DNA of 64,000 bases from a virus: the UHGV virus genome UHGV-1440165; one strand, given 5' to 3'. How positions within the stretch are numbered: the first letter of the stretch is position 1; each line of letters begins with the position of its first letter. Shown here piece by piece: positions 47,575 to 56,711 of this stretch. The notes below the pieces were generated by a model. The model saw only the letters and a list, made by a program, of their open reading frames with translations. It was not told the DNA's origin and made no database searches. The position numbers and the translations under genes were made by a program.

Positions 47575-49239
47575 TTAGATTTGTGAGGCCAGTTCTGCCA
47601 CCAGAGGAGCAGCACGAACACGCGCATCTTCCAGAGTCTGAGTGTTGAAGAACTTGCCATCACGGTACACCAGTTGGTGTTGGTTGTCGGCGTCTTGCAC
47701 CTGATCAAAGGTGATGCCGTCAACCAACACTAGTTTACCCTGAGAGTCTTTAATGACTTTAAGGAAACCACGCGCAGACTTTTTAGTCCCGCCTTTGTCG
47801 GTCTTCGGCTCTTTGAAGATCTCGCGGAATTCACCGTTCACCTTACCAGCCGTCGCTTTCACTGCCGTTCCAGTACTGTCACGGGTGTTCATCTGGTAGG
47901 TGTAGGAACCAATACCGAAGACCACGTTAATGGAAGCGAAGTTCCGGCCAGCCAGACGACCAAAGATCTGGTCTTCACGTGCCAATGTGATAGAGTCACC
48001 GTAGATCAGACCGATGTGATCGTCCAACAGGAAGTGGCCAGTCTCAGTTTGAGTACCGCCAAAGATCTCCCACAGGCGCTGAATAGAGCCGACTGCTTCA
48101 GAACGGCTGATGATATTACTGTCGTCTGCCATCAGAGAGTTGATCGTACCTTCGCCTGTGATCAGGTGATAGGTGTTCGTCTCTTCGATGTGGATGACTT
48201 CGGTGCTGCTGGACACGCCGCTGATGTTCAGCATAGCGCGGTCTTTGAACCCCTCGATGCGGTAGCCGCCGACGATGTGAACTGGGTCGCCAGAGTCAGG
48301 GCGGATCACGACTTTGCCGTTGCGTGCCATGATAATGTCTTTCAGGCGAGGGAGATAGTCGTCGATGACCTGCCAATAGTCCCACGCATCCGACACAATG
48401 CTGACGATGCCATCAGGATACACGTCCTGCACCAGGCGACGGAAGGTTTCGAATTCTCCATTCTTCGTACCCATGCACATCACGGCGTGTTCGGTGGCTG
48501 CAACGGAGCCAGCAACGACATAGTCTTCATCGATATCCGCGCCGTAATACTCTTCAACGAAGTCCAGGGCAGGGTTGGTGTCAGTGCCTTTGAAGAACAC
48601 CAGATGGCCAGAACCGGAAGACGCCGCGTCATGCCATCCGCTCATACCACGGAAGGAGAAGTCGTGGCCTTGGTAATCGATGAACCAATGGTCCGGTGAC
48701 ACGCCTGTGGCGATAGCGGCTTTCACCATCAGTGCCTTGTAATGCAGGGCGATGGTGGCGTTCGTCATGGGCTTCCAGATCTCAGAGCTGAACACAGTCT
48801 CCAGATAGTTGGTCAGCCAGTAGAACTCCGGCAAGGTGTTGAACATCACATACACCGGAACGCCATACGGGCACATGGTGCCTTCGGGTAGAGCACGGAC
48901 TTCGATAGGCAGATAACCGAGGTCATGCAGGGCTTCGATATGCTCTGTGCCAACACGACCTGGACCCAGTACTTTGTTCATGCGACGGGCATACTTCTTC
49001 AACACCTTGGCCTTCGGGCGCTGGAAGAACGCTTCGTCAAACAGTTCGTGGAACCAGGTCATGAAACCCTGGATGCCCCAGACCACCACGCCGTTCTTCG
49101 GCAGGTGAGAGTTGAATAATTTGTTGGAACGCGGAGTCCCGTTGGAGAACACCAGCTCACTACCTTCAGGGAACTGATAGATGTGCCCTGATTTGTAGAA
49201 GTCGATTGCATGAATTGGGTCTAAGTGGCGCATGCTCAT
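47575..49239 (-). CDS. nicotinamide phosphoribosyltransferase-family enzyme (NadV/NAMPT-like; candidate NARP1 Namat)
   Basis: Full-length NAMPT-like sequence (554 aa) read from the translation; no single motif checked. Confidence 0.75.
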   Translation of the reverse strand: MSMRHLDPIHAIDFYKSGHIYQFPEGSELVFSNGTPRSNKLFNSHLPKNGVVVWGIQGFMTWFHELFDEAFFQRPKAKVLKKYARRMNKVLGPGRVGTEHIEALHDLGYLPIEVRALPEGTMCPYGVPVYVMFNTLPEFYWLTNYLETVFSSEIWKPMTNATIALHYKALMVKAAIATGVSPDHWFIDYQGHDFSFRGMSGWHDAASSGSGHLVFFKGTDTNPALDFVEEYYGADIDEDYVVAGSVAATEHAVMCMGTKNGEFETFRRLVQDVYPDGIVSIVSDAWDYWQVIDDYLPRLKDIIMARNGKVVIRPDSGDPVHIVGGYRIEGFKDRAMLNISGVSSSTEVIHIEETNTYHLITGEGTINSLMADDSNIISRSEAVGSIQRLWEIFGGTQTETGHFLLDDHIGLIYGDSITLAREDQIFGRLAGRNFASINVVFGIGSYTYQMNTRDSTGTAVKATAGKVNGEFREIFKEPKTDKGGTKKSARGFLKVIKDSQGKLVLVDGITFDQVQDADNQHQLVYRDGKFFNTQTLEDARVRAAPLVAELASQI

Positions 49240-50090
49240 TTTACACGTCCTGTATTTTCAGTTTTGAAAGGAAGACCGTCGGCGGTGATGTTCTCCCACC
49301 AGACAGTGTCGGCATACACAGCATCGTAGATCCCGTCGAAAACAGAGAGACCTTTGCTGAAGATGCCATGGGTAACGAAGAGCGTCATGTGCTTAGGCTT
49401 GTGCTTCTGAAGCTCTTTACCCAGCTCAACAAACGTGCGCCCACCGTCGCAGATATCATCAACCACAACCAGATAGCGGTCTTTGATCAGTTCAGGGTTT
49501 GTAATACTCACCCCAATGATTTCACCAGTCTTGGTGTCACGGTTCTTGTGTCCGTAGACAACAGGAACGCCATCCAATGACAGGCTGAGGGTTTCGGTCT
49601 TCTTCGCCGCGCCGCCGTCAGGGGCTACCAGCACAGCATTGTTCCCACGGATGAACCAGCCCAGATACTGGCGCACGATGTGATCTTGTGGGACCACATG
49701 GACGTTGTTGATCAGGGAAGACACAACATGGCTGTGAGGGTCTTTGATCGCCACGCGGTCAAAGTTCATGTTGTTGATGAACTCAGCCGCCCACTTCACG
49801 GACAGAGGCTCGCCGAAGTCGCAATGGCGGTCCTGGCGAGCATACGGGAAGTAAGGGATATACGCATGGAAGGTAGTCAGACGGTCCACGTTACCCAGGC
49901 CGCGCACGGCGTTTACCAGAAGCGCCAGCTCAATGAAGTCGGCTGATGATTTGATGTGAGCATCAATCACCACGTTCTGGACGTGACCGACAGGGATGCC
50001 AGCCTTTTGGATCTTGATATGTTCCTCACCACCTGGGAAGGTGAAGTGCTTGTAGAACACATCTTGGTCGTTCAATTTCAAACGAAACAT
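49236..50090 (-). CDS. ribose-phosphate pyrophosphokinase-family enzyme (Prs-like; candidate NARP1 Adps)
   Basis: PRPP-binding motif VVVDDICDGGRT; 284 aa; ATGA-coupled to NAMPT-like gene. Confidence 0.75.
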   Translation of the reverse strand: MFRLKLNDQDVFYKHFTFPGGEEHIKIQKAGIPVGHVQNVVIDAHIKSSADFIELALLVNAVRGLGNVDRLTTFHAYIPYFPYARQDRHCDFGEPLSVKWAAEFINNMNFDRVAIKDPHSHVVSSLINNVHVVPQDHIVRQYLGWFIRGNNAVLVAPDGGAAKKTETLSLSLDGVPVVYGHKNRDTKTGEIIGVSITNPELIKDRYLVVVDDICDGGRTFVELGKELQKHKPKHMTLFVTHGIFSKGLSVFDGIYDAVYADTVWWENITADGLPFKTENTGRVK

Positions 50091-50200
50091 AATGTAGCCT
50101 CATGGTGTATTGTACAGCCGTATTATACTGTGATGCACAAATTGAAACGCCCAGCAAATATACCGGGCGTTATTGTTATTGAAGGAGTTTGCTGATTCAG

Positions 50201-50995
50201 TTATTTGTAGGAATCGACGATGGCCTTGAACAGCGCGTCCTTCTGATCAGTTGGGATATAATTCGCCGGAGCCAGCAAGAGTCGCCTTATGTGTTCACAG
50301 CAGTCTTTCTGTTCTTCAGCGCTCATCTTATCCCAGGTGACAGCATTGAAGTAGATCCCGCCCTTGTAAGCCGCCATGCACGTCTTGGCCAGGCGAACAA
50401 CGAGTTCGGAATACAGCTCATCGGGATGCATGTATGAACGCAAATATGCTTCCACTCCAGCTTGGGCTGTGCTGTTGTGTAGATCGTTGTATCGTTCATT
50501 GTCGGTGCGAACCAAGCCAGCAACGAACCCTCGACTCGGATCTCGTGGATGTCGGAACACGAAAGACTGGCCGTGGCCTTGTAGGAATTCCGCCCCAGCC
50601 ATCTGATTTATCGTCCCTCTTTCGGAGACATACTGGAAGATGTCTATCTTCGCATCGGCGGTAGCCACCTCCAGCATCTGCTTCTCTACGACGGCGCGGT
50701 AGGCTTCCAGTTCCCACAGCTGGGAAAAGGTCTTGTCATAGGCCAGCTTCTTACCCAACTCTTCATCAAAGTTGGCGGGGTCGATAGAGGTGGAGCTATT
50801 CTTACCCCAAACGACAAAGCCGTTGTCCATCTTGAAGTGGCAGGTTATAACGCGATGGCCGCCGACTTCACGGTCTTCATAGATGACTTCGGCAATGTGG
50901 GACTTCAGAAGATCTGGGGACAGCCTCAGACCTTCTCGAACAGATTTACCCTTCAGTTCCACACCTTTGGGTTCATTACGATTGATGGTTGCCAT
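50201..50995 (-). CDS. hypothetical protein (264 aa)
   Basis: ORF. Confidence 0.5.
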   Translation of the reverse strand: MATINRNEPKGVELKGKSVREGLRLSPDLLKSHIAEVIYEDREVGGHRVITCHFKMDNGFVVWGKNSSTSIDPANFDEELGKKLAYDKTFSQLWELEAYRAVVEKQMLEVATADAKIDIFQYVSERGTINQMAGAEFLQGHGQSFVFRHPRDPSRGFVAGLVRTDNERYNDLHNSTAQAGVEAYLRSYMHPDELYSELVVRLAKTCMAAYKGGIYFNAVTWDKMSAEEQKDCCEHIRRLLLAPANYIPTDQKDALFKAIVDSYK

Positions 50996-51017
50996 AATAG
51001 TTTCCTCAGATAAAAGA

Positions 51018-51039
51018 AACCCCGCACAAGGCGGGGTTA
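51018..51039 (-). terminator. rho-independent terminator (AACCCCGCCTTGTGCGGGGTT)
   Basis: Stem-loop plus U-run on minus strand. Confidence 0.6.
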
Positions 51040-51059
51040 CTCAGGCCGGAGCCGACAGA

Positions 51060-51431
51060 TTATTTCAGCAGCGCTTCCAGTTCTTCAACAGATTTGCCTT
51101 CCAACTCCTGCTGTTTCTTACGCTGGATCAGCTCCAGGATAACCTGGTTGTTCGCCTTACGCTCTGCCGCGTCTTTGCTGTCATCACGCTCTTTCAGCTT
51201 GACGCCGATGATGTGCTTGACAACGTCGAAGCGCAGCTGCAGTTCGGAGTCAACGTTGCTTTTGGTGCCGATGAAATCTTCTTCATCGGTTTCCGCTGCC
51301 TTCACCTGACGGCTCAGGCTTTTCGCCATTTCGTTCAGGGCAGTCAGGCTCAGGTCCCAAACCTGCTCAACAGACAGCAGACCTTTGTTAGACTCGAAGC
51401 GCAGTTTCAGACGGGTTACTTTATCAAACAT
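51060..51431 (-). CDS. hypothetical coiled-coil protein (123 aa)
   Basis: ORF. Confidence 0.45.
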   Translation of the reverse strand: MFDKVTRLKLRFESNKGLLSVEQVWDLSLTALNEMAKSLSRQVKAAETDEEDFIGTKSNVDSELQLRFDVVKHIIGVKLKERDDSKDAAERKANNQVILELIQRKKQQELEGKSVEELEALLK

Positions 51432-51477
51432 TTTACTATCCTCAATGATGAATGGGTTACAGTTTCAAATCAGGGTT

Positions 51478-53496
51478 TTAGAACACAACTTTCACAGTAC
51501 GGTTGAACGAGCCGCTCACCTTCACGAACACGTGGTTGCGTTGGGTGGTAGAGAAGCCCAGTCCGGACAGCTGCTCAGTGCTTGGCTGTACCTTAATCTT
51601 ACTACCTAACATTTCAAAAACCTTACGGTGTTTATCCAGTTCCGGCTTCAGATATTCGTTGTAGAAGCCACGGGTGCCGACCGGGTTGGCACAACCTTCC
51701 AGGATGAAGAACACGTGCTTGTTGCCCGTCTGCTCGCCGTCCCAATGGTTTGGTGAGTTCAGAACCAGTTGCACCTTCTGGAAGACTGAGGTCTTGATAC
51801 CCCAGATTTCCTGGGAGCGAGCGTCGTCTTTCAGGGTCGAACTGATGCCTGTCAATTGTCCAGCGCGGACGTGGAGCACAACAGCCAGGGTGCGGTCTTT
51901 ATGCTTCAGACCGGGATGTGAGAAGCGCTTGGTCTGCCCTTTGTATTCGACTTCAATTTCAAAGCCCATATCGCAGGTTTCACGCTGGCTGAAGTTGGTG
52001 ACATAGAACTCATAGTCGCCATCGCGCAGCTTGCGCTCATCGCTGAAGAAGATGTTCTCGACCGGGCGACGATTTGGATCAATACCGTCCATGCCGTTCA
52101 TGTCGATGTCCAGGGTTGCGCCAGTTGCTGAACGACGGTTGTGGTAATACACATGGTTGTGCAGCGGATCGTTCATGCTCAGGTCCAGGTCATCGTTGTT
52201 GTGCCAAGCCAGGGACACCCGGAGGAAGCTGTCAACGTTGCCACCAGCGGTCTTCACGCGCTCTTTGATGGAGTCAGCCACTTCACCGTTGTATGACCAG
52301 CTGAAGCCGTTGTTCCACTTGAACAGGTTAGGAGCGCCAGCGGTAGCCGGAGCAATCAGAGACATCAGGTTGCCAGTGTGGGAGTTCTCAACCAGCACTT
52401 CCAGGGAATGCGCCTTTGGCAGCACGTTCGTCAGGAAGTCATCGATAGTGATCTCTTCAACCTTATCCAGGGACTTGGTTGGAGTCTTCACTTCAGACGC
52501 CAGCTGAGCAAACGGGTCCATCTTCTTCTGAGCCGCCAGGTCGGCGAACAGAACGTTGTTGATGGTCAGATCGTCATACACGGCATAACGGCGACCCAGT
52601 GAATCGGTCAGACCCAGCGCTTCAACTTCTTTCTGCGCGTTTTCGATCATCGACTTGGTCACCAGCGCAGTTGGGCGCTTGTAGTTCGTCGGAGCTACTT
52701 TGGCTTCGAAAGACTTGACGGCGGTTTCCAGGTCGCGGCCTTCGTTGAGGTCTACCAACAGAGAGCCAATCACGGTATTACGAATGCCGTGAGGGGTATG
52801 ACCGTTCGCACGATAGCCAGTGCGCCAAGCCCACAGAGCGCGTTTCTCTTCTGCAGTCTGTTCGTACAGGGTCTTGTTCACCACGAACGCCTGCACTGCC
52901 GCCTTGTGCTCTTCACCGCGATACAGAGAATTCTGATCAATCAGTTCCAGGACGATTTCGGCCGATTCCAGAGACAGCTCACGCAGACCGCGCTCAAACA
53001 CTTCGATCGCCTGGCGGATTTCACCCTTCTTAGAAGCGATGCCATCAGCGCGCAGAACATAGCTGCCCAGCAGATCGGCATGGAAGTGGTTATAAGTGCG
53101 CACGTTGCCGTCTTTCATTTCGTGATTCGACTCAACGCCGACTTTCTTGGTGTCGTTGAAGTATACGTCGACGATTGCGTGCTGTTTAACATACGCCGAC
53201 AGCGCCGCCGCAACAACATCGTATTCGTTACCCAGCTGAATGCCGTCCCAGATAGTAATCATTTCGTAATCAGGGGTGATGGTGACCACGCCGCCGATGT
53301 TACGGATGAATTGTTTGCAGCAGGTGCAGTCGTGCTCGGTGCGCTCACGGTAAAGCGGGTTAGTGCCCGCAGGGAAAGAAGACAGATACAGATCCCACAG
53401 AGCATCTTTATCGGTGTTGGTCATGAACAGACCAGTTGCTGACATGGCCAGCACGTTGTTGTTTACGGCTACTGCGAAGGGCTTGAATTGTGACAT
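51478..53496 (-). CDS. large hypothetical protein (672 aa)
   Basis: AGGAAG RBS; N-terminal HDCTCC cysteine cluster; no family recognised. Confidence 0.55.
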   Translation of the reverse strand: MSQFKPFAVAVNNNVLAMSATGLFMTNTDKDALWDLYLSSFPAGTNPLYRERTEHDCTCCKQFIRNIGGVVTITPDYEMITIWDGIQLGNEYDVVAAALSAYVKQHAIVDVYFNDTKKVGVESNHEMKDGNVRTYNHFHADLLGSYVLRADGIASKKGEIRQAIEVFERGLRELSLESAEIVLELIDQNSLYRGEEHKAAVQAFVVNKTLYEQTAEEKRALWAWRTGYRANGHTPHGIRNTVIGSLLVDLNEGRDLETAVKSFEAKVAPTNYKRPTALVTKSMIENAQKEVEALGLTDSLGRRYAVYDDLTINNVLFADLAAQKKMDPFAQLASEVKTPTKSLDKVEEITIDDFLTNVLPKAHSLEVLVENSHTGNLMSLIAPATAGAPNLFKWNNGFSWSYNGEVADSIKERVKTAGGNVDSFLRVSLAWHNNDDLDLSMNDPLHNHVYYHNRRSATGATLDIDMNGMDGIDPNRRPVENIFFSDERKLRDGDYEFYVTNFSQRETCDMGFEIEVEYKGQTKRFSHPGLKHKDRTLAVVLHVRAGQLTGISSTLKDDARSQEIWGIKTSVFQKVQLVLNSPNHWDGEQTGNKHVFFILEGCANPVGTRGFYNEYLKPELDKHRKVFEMLGSKIKVQPSTEQLSGLGFSTTQRNHVFVKVSGSFNRTVKVVF

Positions 53497-53611
53497 GATG
53501 TAGTCTTCCTGTTTCAGTTCAAATGTGCGCCCCGTTTGCCAGGGCGCTTCGTTTAAGTGAGGTCAATAATACGTTGAAAAGAGTTATTGAAGAATGAAGT
53601 AAAGGGAATCT

Positions 53612-54832
53612 TTATTCAGGTTTCTTCAAACGATCAAGGAGATTGACAGAGCTGCGACCGAGCACAACTTCATCACAGCGCTTCTTGTAAGCACCACTTC
53701 CGTCATAACCGACCTTACCCCGAGGCTTATCTCCCCGTTGAACGGCTTCTACGCAGCGGGTGTACTTGCTCAGTTCACAGAACATGTTCTCCAGCTGCAT
53801 GACGTTCATACACTGATCTTCCGGGGCTTCAGCCGACCAGAACTGCTCCCGGACATAACCATAGTCCCCGTAAATCGAATCCTGGTGGTCACGCAGCCAG
53901 AAGATACATTCTTCATGCGTCATGCCGTCCTTGTTCAGGAACAACAGGTCGATCCCAGCGCGGCAACCCGGTCCAGCGATAGTGAAATGGTTCTCACTGA
54001 ACGGATACTCAGGAATGTACGTGAAGTCCACCCAGATCTGATAGGCCAGGAATGGACCCAAGCCTTCGATTTCGTCGTACATGGCCTGGTAGACTTCATC
54101 CGGAGATTCGCATTCCAGCAGCCGCTCGAAGTAATCAGGGTGCTTGTTGACGAATGCCCTCAGAGAACGGATGACGCGCATCGGCATGTACGGTTCCCAA
54201 CCCTCAATGGTGTAGAAGTCCGGCTCTGCTTCAGCAATTGCCTTCGCTTCTTTATAATCCATATTCTGGGTTGAACCGTCTTTGCAGATCAGATTCACCA
54301 TCATCCCACCGAAGCGCTGCTCCTTGTGGTTGACAACCAGCTCAGGGAAAGCCAGGCATTGCTTCAGGCCGCCCGTGTTGAAAGCATTGGTGAAGACTTT
54401 GCCGCCGTTGGCCTCGAACTTCTGTAAACGTTCGCGGGTCGCGTCAAGGTTGATCTTGGCGAAGTCGGAGATCGTCATCGCGCCGCCGATAGCCTGGATC
54501 GGATCCCAGAGGTTAAACATGCGGAACAACACGCAGTTGAACATCTTATCCGGCATAGACAGCGCATCGTTGTTAACGATGTTGTTGATTAGGTTGAGAG
54601 ACTGCCTGTCGTGCTCTCTCCGGACGTTGCAGAACTTGACCTGCCGTAGTATGGCATTATCCGTCCAAGGAGCAGGAAGACGCTGGACGTCCTTCTTAAC
54701 GTGGATCTTGTATCGCTCGCTCATCCATTCGTAAGAAAGACGACGATGAAACGGACTGAGCACGGGCTTGGCGGACTTGATTTTATCTTCGCGGACACCA
54801 CAATAAGGGATGTCACGGGCTTTATCTTTCAT
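53612..54832 (-). CDS. hypothetical protein (406 aa), candidate DNA-modification enzyme
   Basis: Start MKDKAR with GAGGA RBS; family not confirmed. Confidence 0.5.
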   Translation of the reverse strand: MKDKARDIPYCGVREDKIKSAKPVLSPFHRRLSYEWMSERYKIHVKKDVQRLPAPWTDNAILRQVKFCNVRREHDRQSLNLINNIVNNDALSMPDKMFNCVLFRMFNLWDPIQAIGGAMTISDFAKINLDATRERLQKFEANGGKVFTNAFNTGGLKQCLAFPELVVNHKEQRFGGMMVNLICKDGSTQNMDYKEAKAIAEAEPDFYTIEGWEPYMPMRVIRSLRAFVNKHPDYFERLLECESPDEVYQAMYDEIEGLGPFLAYQIWVDFTYIPEYPFSENHFTIAGPGCRAGIDLLFLNKDGMTHEECIFWLRDHQDSIYGDYGYVREQFWSAEAPEDQCMNVMQLENMFCELSKYTRCVEAVQRGDKPRGKVGYDGSGAYKKRCDEVVLGRSSVNLLDRLKKPE

Positions 54833-54901
54833 GGTATCCTCACAGAATACGAAAACAGAGGCCATTATAAGCCTCTGCTGTTTAGTGAATAACTGGTTGT
54901 C

Positions 54902-55774
54902 TTAATCGATACGGGTCAGCTGGGTGATCGATGGAGTGATCGGAGTAGCGACGAACACGCGGACGTTAGCTTTCCATTTACCCCAGATCAGTGGCACGTC
55001 TGGCATGTTCTCTTTGTCAAACACAAACACCGGAACATAGCTTTCCATCGCTGTATCAGCATGCGCCTGGAAGCCAGGTTCCATGTACTGCATGATAGAA
55101 CGGACGAAGTCGAATGGGGCGAACCCGACACCAGCTTGTTCGTTGAAGCCGATCTGACCAGAATCGGCAGTGGCGGTCAGGATGATCTCAGTGATCTGAT
55201 GCTTAGGGGTAGCCGTCAGCATATCGGAGAAGTCAGGCTCTTTGAAGGTGGCCATGTTCTTCAGGAACTTCCCAGCCGGGTACTCTTTACCGTCGACGGT
55301 GATGGTGTCAACCACCTTGATGCAAGCCTGAGGGAATTCGCCTTCGATGCGCAGACTTTCACGTGGGAAGCCTTTATCGTAATAGTAGTCCAGCGCTGGC
55401 ACAACTTCATCCATGCTGCGGACGAACTTGCTCATGTTAGAGGCATACACGCGCTGTAAGCATTCATCGCCGTCGAAACCAGCAATGTGCGCCACGCCGT
55501 CGTTGACAGTTGTGATGTCGCCCTGGGCATCCATGATCTGGCGCATGATGTCTTTGGTGTCTACGATGGCAGGGGCGTCGCTCGGCTTAGGATTGACCGT
55601 CAGAGTCAAAGTCACATCGTGGTCAAAGAACGCCGCTTCCAGCAGTTCACGAGTTTCTTCCAGCACCAGTTTGGCCTGGTTGCGGATCTTTGCGAAGTTG
55701 GGCGACGTCACATCGCCCTTTGCATTACCGAAAGCCAGATTCAGTTTCACGTTCTTGTCAAATGTAGTTGTCAT
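54902..55774 (-). CDS. hypothetical protein (290 aa)
   Basis: Start MTTTFDK. Confidence 0.45.
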   Translation of the reverse strand: MTTTFDKNVKLNLAFGNAKGDVTSPNFAKIRNQAKLVLEETRELLEAAFFDHDVTLTLTVNPKPSDAPAIVDTKDIMRQIMDAQGDITTVNDGVAHIAGFDGDECLQRVYASNMSKFVRSMDEVVPALDYYYDKGFPRESLRIEGEFPQACIKVVDTITVDGKEYPAGKFLKNMATFKEPDFSDMLTATPKHQITEIILTATADSGQIGFNEQAGVGFAPFDFVRSIMQYMEPGFQAHADTAMESYVPVFVFDKENMPDVPLIWGKWKANVRVFVATPITPSITQLTRID

Positions 55775-55790
55775 AATATAGCGACTCCAG

Positions 55791-56255
55791 TTATTCGCTT
55801 TTGGCCTTCGTAGGCCGGATGATGTATTTTGGAACCAGCTTCCATTCAGGAACCTGATCATGTTTGACCACTTTGATGCGAGACATATCGGCGGCCTCAG
55901 TGATCTGCTCAGGGTTCAGAACCTTCAACATGTTCCACTGCTCCAGCAGCTTGATGATGCGGTTCATTCGCAGGATGTCCTCACGGTTGAAGCCGTTGTA
56001 GTGGCCATCCAGCATGAACAGATGCTTGAAGTGAACGATATAATACTTGCCATACTTATGAAGAATATGACAAGTCTGGTACAGAGTATTCGGCTCTTGG
56101 CGCGTGTTTACCCCAATTCGGCTCAGTGTTTCCTTGATCCCCAGGAAGATCCCTGGCCGATCTTGGTTCAATTGAACTTCAACCATACAATCAACGATGC
56201 TGGCCTCATCGTTGACGGCTGAAATGTTCAATATGTCTAGCGTATTGCGCGCCAT
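55791..56255 (-). CDS. regA: translational repressor RegA
   Basis: TLYQTCHILHKYGKYYIVHFKHLFMLDG matches T4 RegA VLYQSCHILQKKGLYYIVHFKEMLRMDG; C-terminal EWKLVPKYIIR matches. Confidence 0.8.
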   Translation of the reverse strand: MARNTLDILNISAVNDEASIVDCMVEVQLNQDRPGIFLGIKETLSRIGVNTRQEPNTLYQTCHILHKYGKYYIVHFKHLFMLDGHYNGFNREDILRMNRIIKLLEQWNMLKVLNPEQITEAADMSRIKVVKHDQVPEWKLVPKYIIRPTKAKSE

Positions 56256-56284
56256 GACTTATTCCCCTTTTACAATAGTTTGAA

Positions 56285-56707
56285 CTACTTAGCCTTGCGC
56301 GGTTTCGCTTTGGCGTTCAACTCAGTACGTCCCATCTTCTCGCGTATCTCGGCCAGGACTTCCTGCGGCAAGAAACGGACGTACTCGGATGCCTTCTCCA
56401 TACTGATGTAGAAGTATTCGGACAGCATCTTCACATCAGGGTCTACAGCGCCCTTCTTAGACCATTTGTCATAACGTTTACGCGCCGGAATGGAATGAAA
56501 GGCGTATGACCATTGCATCCATGGAGTGATAGCATGCAGCTTATTCATCTGCTGTGCAAACACCAGAGTATCTTTGCTCTGGGCGAGACCACGCCGCGTC
56601 ATGAACGGGTCGAACCCCTTCTGCACTTCCGGATCATCGGTTTGCAGAAGGTTCTCTTTGCTGCTGTTCAGGGCAGACAGATAATCGAACAATCCAGGTG
56701 CGGCCAT
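56285..56707 (-). CDS. clamp loader small subunit (T4 gp62-like)
   Basis: Position between regA and gp44; ARKRYDKWSKK resembles gp62 RGKRYGKWAKL. Confidence 0.5.
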   Translation of the reverse strand: MAAPGLFDYLSALNSSKENLLQTDDPEVQKGFDPFMTRRGLAQSKDTLVFAQQMNKLHAITPWMQWSYAFHSIPARKRYDKWSKKGAVDPDVKMLSEYFYISMEKASEYVRFLPQEVLAEIREKMGRTELNAKAKPRKAK

Positions 56708-56711
56708 AGTA

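Noticed and set aside
51478-53496. 672-aa protein as anaerobic ribonucleotide reductase NrdD or DNA ligase
   Set aside because: No glycyl-radical motif or C-terminal zinc ribbon, and no KxDG adenylation motif (only contiguous KDG); left as unassigned.
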